Below, one piece after another: positions 1 to 9,663 of a stretch of 13,826 nucleotides of DNA. Position 1 is the stretch's first letter. Each line of letters opens with the position of its first letter. The notes under the pieces are model-generated. The model saw only the letters and a program-made list of their open reading frames with translations. It made no database searches and was not told where the DNA came from. Source of the stretch: Candidatus Eiseniibacteriota bacterium (GTDB taxonomy: Bacteria; Eisenbacteria; RBG-16-71-46); assembly GCA_031366795.1 (NCBI GenBank), contig JANLOX010000067.1, positions 1 through 13,826 on the forward strand, in the 5' to 3' direction. Made by a program: the position numbers and the translations under genes.

Positions 1-2043
1 GGTCACCACGGCGAGGAATTCCCCGTGGCCACCCGGCGTCGCCGGGCCCAGCCAGCGCGCTTCGACCTGCGGCAACGCGGTGCCCCCGAAGTCGAGCGTC
101 CACACGTCGCGCATGGGCCACGACCAGTTCTGCGTCGCCCCTCCGTATACGACCATGCGATCGTGAACGGGGTCATAGATCGCGGTGTGGAGCGCGCGGC
201 CGGTGGGCGGGGCTCCATTGGCGTCGAGCCGTGACCACGTGAGGTCGCCCAGCGAGAGCGACCACACCTCGTTCGAATACGTGCCGTTCGCGTCGATGCC
301 GCCGTAGACCAGCATGCGGTCACGAACGGCGTCATAAACGGCCGAGTGCTCGGTGCGGACCGGTCCAGACGTGCTCAGCAGCGTCCAACTGCTGTCGGCC
401 ATCGACCAGCCCCAAGTGTCGCCATAGCCACCACGGAGCGGAGTGCCGCGCGCGATCCACGAGCTGTCGCCGCCGTACACGATGACGCGGCTCCTTGCGG
501 GATCGTAGATCGCCGTGTGCCCAGCGCGTTGGTTGGGCTGTGCACTCAGTGCGAAAATCCGGTGCCACGCGTGGTCGAACGCCCAAACGTCGATCGGCTC
601 CTCGGGAAGCTCATTGCCCTGCGGATTCCGCGCGCCGCCCATGATGAGCATGGTGGCGTGTGAGCCTAATGCGACGGCGGCATGACGCTCGCGCGCGGGC
701 GGATGGTCAGCGACTGGCCCAAAGGGCGCCCAGCTCGGTCGTCCCCTGAGATAGAGCGACAGCAACTCCCCGCTCAACTGGGTGGAGTCCCCGCCGAACA
801 TCAGCTCGTTGCCGAAGGGGAAGTTCGACACCATCGTGGCTTCGACTCGAGCGGCCGGTGTGTTCGAGACGCTGTAGACTTTCCAGACCGGGTAACGATC
901 GAGCACGAGCTCCCACGTGTCATTGAGCGGCGTGACGATTCCGTGTCCCATCGCGGCGACCATGGTCCCGCGTGTGGCGTCGTAGGTCGCGACATGAGAG
1001 CGGCGCGGCACGGGAACGTTCCACTGCGGGATGAACGTGGTCCAGCGAGCGACATTGGTCACGGCCAGCGAATAGCAGGTGACCCCGTCGGCTGAGTCCG
1101 TCACAGCGTCGATCAGGAATCGCGAGTGTGGCTCGTCCCACACCGGTTCGATGAGGAAATTGGAGACGAGATCACCTGAAACCGGGAGCTCCCGCCACAG
1201 GGAGTCGTCGAAGCTGTAGGTCGCGACGTCCGTCTGGCTGCCACAGCCGTCGCGCAGGCAAATCATGCGGTTGCGGGCGGCGTCCCAGTAGATGGCGCCA
1301 GGGTCCAAAAACCAACCAATCGGACGGCACGTCCGGTCTTGCCCCGGACTCACTTCACGCCAAGTCAGCGAATTGAGGGAGAGCGCCCAGATGTCAGTGA
1401 AGGAGATATTTCCATCGTTCGGCATGATGATGTACCCGCCGTGCACCAGCAGTTGGTCGTGGACGTCGTCGTAGGCGATCACGGCGCCATCGCGAGCGGC
1501 AGGGCCGGCGGGCCCCAGCACGAGCTGGCTCCACGAGGCCGTATTGCCATCGAATGCCAGTGCCCACAGCTCCCGCGTCCGGTTCCCGAGCAGCAGCAAT
1601 CGACTGCGTCGCGTGTCGAACGAGAGCGGACCGCCGCCTCCGGGTGCGGCATTGCTCACATGGATCGGCGCCCACACGCCGACCGGAGTCAGCGACCAGG
1701 CGGCAAGTGAATTGCGGTCGAGCACGATGAACCTGTCCTTCGCGGCGTCCCGGAACGCGGTCAGGGGACGAAGGCCAGTCGGTCCATCTCCGCTGCAAGG
1801 AATCTCGTTGCGCTCGCCCGTCACCGTCGAGATCGCCCAGACGCCAGGCTCGGGGGCCGTGCCGCAATCGATCAACAGGCAGCGCTCGCGAGCGGGATCC
1901 GCGACGAGGGTCTCTTTGCTCTTCAAGGTGGGGAACAGCCGGGACCAAGTGCCGATGGCATCCGCGCGGGCGCTGGCCGGGCAAAAACATGCGCAGAGTG
2001 CCAAGGCTATGCATGTGGACATCAGGCGCGCGGAGTTTTTCAT
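1..2043 (-). CDS. Secreted Kelch-repeat beta-propeller protein, 3' end beyond window edge (at least 681 aa)
   Basis: Manual translation from ATG at 2043 is open to position 1. N-terminus MKNSARLMSTCIALALCACFCPASARA-DA resembles a Sec signal peptide with an A-R-A cleavage site. Repeated Kelch-type motifs include RAGHTAIYDPARSRVIVYGG..DTW, RTEHSAVYDAVRDRMLVYGG..NEVWSL and RALHTAIYDPVHDRMVVYGG..DVWTL. Absent from the ORF track because it has no stop in the window. Confidence 0.9.
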   Translation of the reverse strand, partial: MKNSARLMSTCIALALCACFCPASARADAIGTWSRLFPTLKSKETLVADPARERCLLIDCGTAPEPGVWAISTVTGERNEIPCSGDGPTGLRPLTAFRDAAKDRFIVLDRNSLAAWSLTPVGVWAPIHVSNAAPGGGGPLSFDTRRSRLLLLGNRTRELWALAFDGNTASWSQLVLGPAGPAARDGAVIAYDDVHDQLLVHGGYIIMPNDGNISFTDIWALSLNSLTWREVSPGQDRTCRPIGWFLDPGAIYWDAARNRMICLRDGCGSQTDVATYSFDDSLWRELPVSGDLVSNFLIEPVWDEPHSRFLIDAVTDSADGVTCYSLAVTNVARWTTFIPQWNVPVPRRSHVATYDATRGTMVAAMGHGIVTPLNDTWELVLDRYPVWKVYSVSNTPAARVEATMVSNFPFGNELMFGGDSTQLSGELLSLYLRGRPSWAPFGPVADHPPARERHAAVALGSHATMLIMGGARNPQGNELPEEPIDVWAFDHAWHRIFALSAQPNQRAGHTAIYDPARSRVIVYGGDSSWIARGTPLRGGYGDTWGWSMADSSWTLLSTSGPVRTEHSAVYDAVRDRMLVYGGIDANGTYSNEVWSLSLGDLTWSRLDANGAPPTGRALHTAIYDPVHDRMVVYGGATQNWSWPMRDVWTLDFGGTALPQVEARWLGPATPGGHGEFLAVVT

Positions 2044-2124
2044 CGCGGGTACTCAGCGAGGGCGCGGCGAATATGAACAGTGCGATGCGTCAGGTCCCAC
2101 CTTCCAGCCCGTGCCAACACGGCG

Positions 2125-2133
2125 ATAGTAGCA
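2125..2133 (-). promoter_or_regulatory. Possible extended -10 element (TGcTACTAT) for the Kelch gene
   Basis: Minus strand reads TGCTACTAT about 80 nt upstream of the ATG at 2043. No convincing -35 element. Confidence 0.3.
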
Positions 2134-2342
2134 GATCGGGCGGCGGATCGAGATCACAAAGTTCGGGTTGGCCTTCAGTGCCCCAGTTGGCGTTTGTTTT
2201 CGCAGGGCGGTAGGGCCTGCGTCCTTGGAATGGCGCAGTAGGATTCAATTCTTGGCGCACGCAATCTCGGCGAACAACCAGCGTAACTCTCGATGCGTTC
2301 CCAGAGATCGTCAATGAATTGTCCGGTCAACTGTCCCCGCCG

Positions 2343-2596
2343 CTACCGCCTCTCCTGCAGCTTGAACCACAGGATGATCGAGCACAGCACGAGCGTCGTT
2401 CCGTTGGCGATGACAATCGGCGGGCTGTGGATCATCAGCCCGAACACGAGCCACAGGGTCACGCCGACGCACATGACCGCGAATGTCGTGAGGGAAATGT
2501 CCCGGGTGGAACGCGTGCGCCATACGTGCATCACCTGCGGCACGAACGCGAGCGTGGTGCCCGCGGCGGCGCCGTAGCCGACCCAGTCGGTTAGCG

Positions 2597-2600
<4 letters not shown>
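2343..2600 (-). CDS. SemiSWEET (PQ-loop/MtN3) sugar transporter, 85 aa
   Basis: MTLTDWVGYGAAAGTTLAFVPQVMHVWRTRSTRDIS...LWLVFG...PIVIAN: three hydrophobic helices, PQ motif, the TRDIS loop and the conserved W and N residues. GTG start at 2600 overlaps the upstream stop (GTGA). The track's longer N-terminus lies inside pccB. Confidence 0.92.
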
Positions 2601-4147
<1,547 letters not shown>

Positions 4148-4227
4148 GGGCACCTCTTGAGGTCGCATCCAGCGGACCCCATGGGATCATCGTGTCCATG
4201 GTCACCGCGGATCCATTGTCCTCCGCG

Positions 4228-4257
4228 AAAGTAGGGGACGCCGTGGCCGCACGGCAA
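4228..4257 (-). promoter_or_regulatory. Candidate sigma70-type promoter for pccB-SemiSWEET
   Basis: Minus strand TTGCCG-N18-TACTTT in the divergent intergenic region. Confidence 0.35.
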
Positions 4258-4276
4258 GCTGCCGCCGCGTGAAGTG

Positions 4277-4285
4277 TGCTAATCT
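4277..4285 (+). promoter_or_regulatory. Candidate extended -10 (TGcTAATCT) for yqeY
   Basis: Lies 9 nt before the ATG at 4295, with no Shine-Dalgarno sequence in between. Confidence 0.35.
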
Positions 4286-4294
4286 TGGCCGCCT

Positions 4295-4750
4295 ATGAGC
4301 GATTCCATTCAGTCCAAGTTGCAGGCTGACCTCGTGACGGCCATGAAGGCGAAGGACGCCGACACCCTGAGCACGCTGCGCATGCTCAAGTCGGCGTTGC
4401 TCGAGGCGAAGACGGCGAAGCCGAAGGATGCGCTGCTGTCCGCGGACGAAGAGATCGAGATCCTGCAGCGCTACGCCAAGAAGCGTCGCGAGACGATCGC
4501 TGAGATGCAGAAGCTCGGCCGTGACGACCTGGCGGCGAAGGAGCAGGCCGAGATCGATGTCACCATGCGCTACTTGCCGCAGCCGCTGACCGAGGCGGAA
4601 GTGCGCGGCATCGTGCTCGAAGCGATTGCTTCCACCGGGGCGACGACGCCGAAGGAAATGGGCAAGGTGATCAGCGCCGTGATGCCGCGGGTCAAGGGCA
4701 AGGCGGAAGGCGGCCTGGTGTCGCGGTTGGTCAAGGAGTCGCTCGGCTAG
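4295..4750 (+). CDS. yqeY: GatB/YqeY domain protein, 151 aa
   Basis: DLVTAMKAKD..LSTLRMLKSAL, KKRRETI, YLPQPLTEAE, KEMGKV and KGKAEG match the YqeY family pattern and size. Confidence 0.93.
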   Translation: MSDSIQSKLQADLVTAMKAKDADTLSTLRMLKSALLEAKTAKPKDALLSADEEIEILQRYAKKRRETIAEMQKLGRDDLAAKEQAEIDVTMRYLPQPLTEAEVRGIVLEAIASTGATTPKEMGKVISAVMPRVKGKAEGGLVSRLVKESLG

Positions 4751-4776
4751 GGTTTGGCTGTGGGGCCCCCATGGCC

Positions 4777-7170
4777 TCAGCGGACATCGCCGTCACCCAG
4801 CAGCGCGAACGCACCCCAGTAGACGGGGTGGGCGTAGGGGCGGCTGCCGTCCGGGGCGCGCCAATCGCGCAGCTCGAGCTGGGACTCGCGCAGCGCGGTC
4901 GCCGCATCCAGTGGATGGCTCCGCTCGGTCAACCGCTGGACGAAGAATTCCATGAGCAGTGACGTTGCCTGATCGTCCACCGCCCACATGGTCACGAGCA
5001 GTGAGCGCGCGCCGGCTGCCAGAAACGCCTGTGGGAGACCCTGCGCGCCTTCCGATTCCGAACTCAGTCCGGCAATCGAATGGCAGCCCGCCAGGCTCAC
5101 GACGGCGGCTCCCAGCTTCCACTGGCCGATAATTTCGCGCGAGTCCAGCCGTGAGTTGGCGCTCCCGAGTGAGTTCGGGGCGAGCACAAAGGACGACGCG
5201 AGCACGCGGCTGTCATTGGTATTCGTATGCGCGGAGAAGTGAATGAAGCGGAATTTCAGCAGCGCGCCCCGTTCGGCAAGCGAGCGAAGCCGTGCAGCGC
5301 TTGCATCCATTCCCGTGAGCACCGTCGCGCGCGGCAACAAGGCCGCGAGCCCACGCACCTCGGGGCCGGATGCCGCCAGGCGGGGCCAGTGTTCAGCGTT
5401 CGATTGGGCGTAGGCAGGGTCGCCCACGAGCAGGGCCGGTTCCGCGGACAGTGGCGCGTCACGCGACGCGGTGCGCCGGGAGCGGAGCCGGGCGAGCACG
5501 AATGCGGAGGGGACATAGGAGATCGTGAAGCGCTCGGCGAGATAATGGCCATGATCATCGATAATCACGCCAAGCGGTCCCCCGGCGAAGTAGTCCGGTG
5601 AGCACACGATCAAGTGGGTGACTCCGCGCAAGAAGGGTTCGAGGGGCGCCACCCGCTCGCGCCACATGAGGTGAGCCAGCCTGCACACGGTGGTGGTGTC
5701 GGTGATGCGTCGCGGCCACTCCGCATTGGCGAGGAATTCACGCCACAGCGCTTCCCGAATCGTTCCGGATCCCGCGAACTTGGGAGCGGGCGAGTCGAGC
5801 CGGACCCAATGCGCGGAGCCCGTCGCCCGCACGATGCAGGCGTACATCGGCGTGTCGGCGACGAACAGTGTGCTGGCGGAGTGGGGCCACGAGACCAACG
5901 CCTCGTCTGGCTTCAGCGTGCGTTGAACACGGCCCAGCAGGTCCCGCCACGGATCCTCGGCTGCTTCGGAACCCGCCGCCAGTCGCATCGCCAGCACGCG
6001 CGCGGATCCACGTTCGAGCTGATCGAATGCGTCATTATCCCTGCCCATCGCCGCGAGTGTCAGCGCCAGGTCGCGGTAAAGGCTCAAGCCCGCCACGATC
6101 GTGCTGCCCTCATCCTGCGAAACGCGCACCCACGCCGACTCGCGCATGGCCACCGTGCGTCGCAGGATCGGTTCCGCCTCGCTGTTGCGCCCGAGGTGGC
6201 GGAGCGCCTGCCCGCTCAGGCTCATGCGGATCGATAGCGCATTGCGCGGCGTGCCGGGCCCCACGGGAGTGGCGGTGACCGCGGCGCGCGCCAGCGATTC
6301 CGCTGCGGCCCACTCACCGCGTCCCGCACTCAGGAACGCCATCGCGCCATAAGCGGACGCGACCCGATCGTCGACGGCGCCGAGCCGGGCGCGGCGGATT
6401 TCCAGCGCGCGCCGGAAATGGCGCATTGCCGCAGGGGCGCGCTGGCGCAAGCGCTCGAGGTTGCCGAGGTCCTGGTGGCAATCAGCCACTGCCAATGACG
6501 CCGCACCCTCATTGGCCGTCCTGATTTCAAGTGCGCGAACATAGTGCGCGGCGATCTCGTCGGCCGCGATCTGGCCGGTATAGTTCTTGAGGATGCGCCC
6601 GCGGAGCTCCTCGGCATCCGCACAGCGTGGATGCCAGGGTCCGAGCGTTGCGAGAAACGTGGCGCCGGCCTGGCGGGCCAACGAGTCGGCTTCGCCCGGA
6701 TGAGCGGCTGCGAGTTCGGCCGCCGCAAGTTCAAAGGCCGCCGCGGCGGTGCGCGCGTCACGCGGTCCGAGCAACGCGCCGCGCGTCTCCATCACCGCGC
6801 GCAACAGCCGCAGCGCGGCGGTGACCGAGTCGCCGCTGGCCTTGTCGCGGGCGATGCGAAACTCGCGGTCGGCGCTCGCCAGGGCCTGGCGGTCCGCGGC
6901 GCGCATGGCAGCACGCCGTTCGAGCGAGCGTTCGGTATCGCGCGCCTCAGCCCGCATCCACTGCGGGCTTGCGGGCGCGTTAACCGCGGTGTCGCGCTTA
7001 TGCGCAGCCGACAGTGCATCGTCGATGCGGTCGAGCGAGCTCAGTGAATCGATCGCGTCCCCGCTGGCGCTCCACGCGGCGACATCGACGGGGCGCGAGG
7101 GCGCGCGATCCGTGGCACAGCCCAACAGGGCCAGCGCGAGACTGGGTCCCGCGCAACCGCGCAGGATCAG
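4777..7170 (-). CDS. TPR-CHAT (caspase HetF-associated) protease, probable lipoprotein; start codon uncertain (CTG 7170, TTG 7311 or TTG 7125)
   Basis: C-terminal CHAT motifs: ALLVGDP, FIHFSAH (His), VSLAGC (Cys), FLAAGARSLLVTMWAVDDQAT and HPVYWGAFALLG. N-terminal kinesin-light-chain-type TPRs (RALEIRTANEG, RRALEIRRARLG, AEPILRRTVAMRE). LALALLGC lipobox-like segment with the Cys codon at 7119-7117. Confidence 0.9.
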   Translation of the reverse strand: MILRGCAGPSLALALLGCATDRAPSRPVDVAAWSASGDAIDSLSSLDRIDDALSAAHKRDTAVNAPASPQWMRAEARDTERSLERRAAMRAADRQALASADREFRIARDKASGDSVTAALRLLRAVMETRGALLGPRDARTAAAAFELAAAELAAAHPGEADSLARQAGATFLATLGPWHPRCADAEELRGRILKNYTGQIAADEIAAHYVRALEIRTANEGAASLAVADCHQDLGNLERLRQRAPAAMRHFRRALEIRRARLGAVDDRVASAYGAMAFLSAGRGEWAAAESLARAAVTATPVGPGTPRNALSIRMSLSGQALRHLGRNSEAEPILRRTVAMRESAWVRVSQDEGSTIVAGLSLYRDLALTLAAMGRDNDAFDQLERGSARVLAMRLAAGSEAAEDPWRDLLGRVQRTLKPDEALVSWPHSASTLFVADTPMYACIVRATGSAHWVRLDSPAPKFAGSGTIREALWREFLANAEWPRRITDTTTVCRLAHLMWRERVAPLEPFLRGVTHLIVCSPDYFAGGPLGVIIDDHGHYLAERFTISYVPSAFVLARLRSRRTASRDAPLSAEPALLVGDPAYAQSNAEHWPRLAASGPEVRGLAALLPRATVLTGMDASAARLRSLAERGALLKFRFIHFSAHTNTNDSRVLASSFVLAPNSLGSANSRLDSREIIGQWKLGAAVVSLAGCHSIAGLSSESEGAQGLPQAFLAAGARSLLVTMWAVDDQATSLLMEFFVQRLTERSHPLDAATALRESQLELRDWRAPDGSRPYAHPVYWGAFALLGDGDVR

Positions 7171-7880
7171 GGCAAGAACGGGGTTCCAGGTGGAATCGCG
7201 CGTAGCGTGCTCTCGATCGAATCCGCCGCCGCCAATTCGCCGCCCGCCCGCAGGGCGCGGGCCAGCAGCACGGCACCTTCGCGCCGGTACGGTTCGGGAA
7301 TGCTGCGCCAATTGAGGCCGCGCAGCAACTCGATCGACTCACGTGGATGGCCGAGATTCAGGCGCACGTCGGCGAGGTACAGCCGCCGCATCGACTCGGC
7401 CGCGCCCGTCGCCTTTGCCGCCGAGAGTTCGCGCTCGGCGTCCACCATGTCGCGCACCTCGTAGGCCGTCATGCCGCGAGTGAGCGCCGGGTCCTCGGCA
7501 TTGCCCTCGCGCGTGCGCACCACGTCGCCGAGTCCGGGAAGCCAGGCGCCGCCGGGAACAGCGAGAGGAACGGGATGAATGAGCGGCAGCGCAACGGCCA
7601 CCGCGAGCACGGCGGCGGCGGCGAGCGACAGCACGCGCGACCCCGTCCAGCCAGCCGGGCGCCAATGGCTGCGGGAGCGGGGCAAACGCGCGAGCCAATC
7701 CGCACGCGAGCGCGACGTGGCCGAGACATGCGACTTGAGCCGTGCCTCGCAGGCGTCACACGTGGCGGCATGGTCGAGCCACGCCTCGCGTGATTCCGGC
7801 GCGACGAGTCCCAGTACCAGGTCGGCGCATTGGGCGTCGCTCAAGTGCGGAGTCGTCTTCGGCGCGTGCGTTCCATTCAT
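7167..7880 (-). CDS. Zinc-binding (zf-HC2/ZAS) transmembrane anti-sigma factor with helical, TPR-like C-terminal domain, 237 aa
   Basis: HLSDAQCADLVLG...LDHAATCDAC contains HxxxCxxC. One hydrophobic segment (VLSLAAAAVLAVAVALPLI). ATG overlaps the sigma factor stop (ATGA at 7880-7877). Confidence 0.88.
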   Translation of the reverse strand: MNGTHAPKTTPHLSDAQCADLVLGLVAPESREAWLDHAATCDACEARLKSHVSATSRSRADWLARLPRSRSHWRPAGWTGSRVLSLAAAAVLAVAVALPLIHPVPLAVPGGAWLPGLGDVVRTREGNAEDPALTRGMTAYEVRDMVDAERELSAAKATGAAESMRRLYLADVRLNLGHPRESIELLRGLNWRSIPEPYRREGAVLLARALRAGGELAAADSIESTLRAIPPGTPFLP

Positions 7881-8608
7881 GTTTCCAAATCTCCTGGGGT
7901 TTCTGCCGCCAACTCATGGCCGAACCGGCGCCACAACTCGACGAACAATCCGGGCTCGACGCCGTGCTCCCGGTGTCCCTTGCCGTCCATGCATGCCGTC
8001 AATGTGGCCCGCGCGCGTTGCACGACGACATCAACGTGCGCCGCACTGAGCCCCAACAGCGTTCCGATCTCGCGGCTGGGCCGCTCGAGGAACACCCGCC
8101 TGAACCATGCCTGCCGTGCGCGTGGCAGCAACATCGAGGCGCACTCCACCAACGCATCACTGAATTCCCGCATCGCCACGGAATCCTCGGGCCGCAGGGT
8201 CACTACGACTCGTTCGGCAAGCGCCAAGTCCCAGGCCTCCGTATCCTCAGGCCCCGGAGCTTCGCGACCTCGCCGTCGAGCCAGATCCACCAGCGCGTGA
8301 CGCGCCACGCGCGCCACGTACCCGGCGATCTCGGATTCCGACCGTCCCGCGAGGTCCCACATTCCTTCTTCGGCCCGCAGCATCAGTTCTAACGCCTTCT
8401 GGGACGCCAGGTCCTCGACGTCCTCGCGGGCGACCGGGGTGATGCGGCCGGCCTGGGAGCGAAGTGCCGCAAACAGAGCGGCATGCAGCAGCGGCCAGAG
8501 TTGAGCGCGCGCCGCCTCGCGGCGGGGTGCCGAGGCAGCCCGCAGGGCCGCGATCGCCCGTGCGACGGCGCCCGGCCAGCCGGGTGGCGGGAATGGCGAG
8601 GGGTGCAT
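7877..8608 (-). CDS. ECF-type sigma-70 family sigma factor, 243 aa
   Basis: Region 2-like EDVEDLASQ...GYVARVARHALVDLARRR and region 4-like LLPRARQAW...SREIGTLLGLSAAHVDVVVQRARATL. Directly upstream of a ZAS anti-sigma gene. Confidence 0.88.
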   Translation of the reverse strand: MHPSPFPPPGWPGAVARAIAALRAASAPRREAARAQLWPLLHAALFAALRSQAGRITPVAREDVEDLASQKALELMLRAEEGMWDLAGRSESEIAGYVARVARHALVDLARRRGREAPGPEDTEAWDLALAERVVVTLRPEDSVAMREFSDALVECASMLLPRARQAWFRRVFLERPSREIGTLLGLSAAHVDVVVQRARATLTACMDGKGHREHGVEPGLFVELWRRFGHELAAETPGDLET

Positions 8609-8728
8609 TGGCAGCAGCCTAGCTTGGGGCTTGGGCTACGGGAAGCGCTTCGATGGTCCGGGCTCGCGGGAGGCGGGGGCCCCGCGGGCAAGGCGATTAA
8701 ATCGTTCGTGGCGTCCACGTAAAAGCAA

Positions 8729-9658
8729 TCAGCGCGGCGAGGTCCGTGCGAGCGAGTCCGGGGGCCCCGCCGCGCCGGGTTCGGGCGACGGCCCGGCCTC
8801 CGGTTCATTGAGTGATGAGTCGGCGATCAATGGAATGGCCGTCGCCGGGGGCGTGGTGGGCAGGATGCTGCCGGCCGGCGCATCGATGGCGAGTTCGTAT
8901 TCGGCTCCGGGCAGCAGGCCGCGCCGCCGTAGCCGGCTGGCGATGATGCGGGCGCGCCGCTGGATGCGTGACGTGGGACTCGACACCGAGAAGCGGCGGG
9001 GGTTGATGATCACCGCCGCCAGCAGCACGGCTTGGCGCGCATTGAGCCCGGCTGCGGACACCCTGAAGTCGTGCCGCGCGGCCGCCTCGATGCCGAAGAC
9101 GCCGTCGCCCCATTCGATGAGATTCAGGTAGAGCTCGAAGATGCGGCGCTTGCCGAGCGTGCGCTCGAGCCGCATGGCGATGAACGCCTCGGTGAGCTTG
9201 CGCGCGGGATTGCGCCCGTCGCCGAGGAACAGGTTGCGCGCCAGTTGCTGCGTGATCGTGCTGCCGCCGCGCACGACTTTGTGCTGCTCAAGATTCGCCT
9301 TCATCGAAGCGTTGATCTCGTTCCAATCGAAGCCGCCATGCTCGAAGAACGCATCGTCCTCGGCGACGAGCACGGCGTGGCGCAGCAGGGGCGAGATGCG
9401 ATCGTAAGGAATCCAGCGCTGGTCGATCTGCAACGACCGCCCGCTGCGCGAGGCTTCGGCCGCCCGCTGCCGCATCATCGCCGTGCTCCGCTGCGCGCTG
9501 CGCGCCAGCGCATCGATGGGGAAGCGCTGGGCGTCGGTCCAGCACCATGCCGCGAGCGCGGCGAGCCCCACCACCAGAGCGGCCAGCAATAGCAGGATTC
9601 GCTTGAGCGGATGCGGCGGGCGCTTCACGTGGGCGGTGGCGAGCAGCGCGCCCGACAT
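8729..9658 (-). CDS. mtgA: Monofunctional biosynthetic peptidoglycan transglycosylase (GT51) with Pro/Ala-rich tail
   Basis: GT51 motifs EDDAFFEHGG, GGSTITQQLARNLF, RKLTE, KRRIFELYLN and FGIEAAA. N-terminal membrane anchor and no transpeptidase domain. Confidence 0.92.
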   Translation of the reverse strand: MSGALLATAHVKRPPHPLKRILLLLAALVVGLAALAAWCWTDAQRFPIDALARSAQRSTAMMRQRAAEASRSGRSLQIDQRWIPYDRISPLLRHAVLVAEDDAFFEHGGFDWNEINASMKANLEQHKVVRGGSTITQQLARNLFLGDGRNPARKLTEAFIAMRLERTLGKRRIFELYLNLIEWGDGVFGIEAAARHDFRVSAAGLNARQAVLLAAVIINPRRFSVSSPTSRIQRRARIIASRLRRRGLLPGAEYELAIDAPAGSILPTTPPATAIPLIADSSLNEPEAGPSPEPGAAGPPDSLARTSPR

Positions 9659-9663
9659 GCGTC

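Noticed and set aside
3..2128. Many short track ORFs in the first 2 kb
   Set aside because: All overlap the continuous Kelch reading frame on the minus strand.
2044..2342. Riboswitch or ncRNA in the 300-nt gap upstream of the Kelch gene
   Set aside because: Only short hairpins (e.g. CCGTG..CACGG near 2109-2122) and no riboswitch consensus I can recognise. An Rfam search would be needed.
4751..4776. Bidirectional terminator between convergent yqeY and CHAT genes
   Set aside because: An imperfect GC stem (GGCTGTGGG/CCCATGGCC) exists but has no U-tract on either side.
4777..8608. Type III-E CRISPR (Craspase) locus suggested by TPR-CHAT plus a sigma factor
   Set aside because: No cas genes, repeat-spacer array or Csx30/Csx31-like gene is seen. 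The partner is a conventional ZAS membrane anti-sigma, so this is an analogy only.
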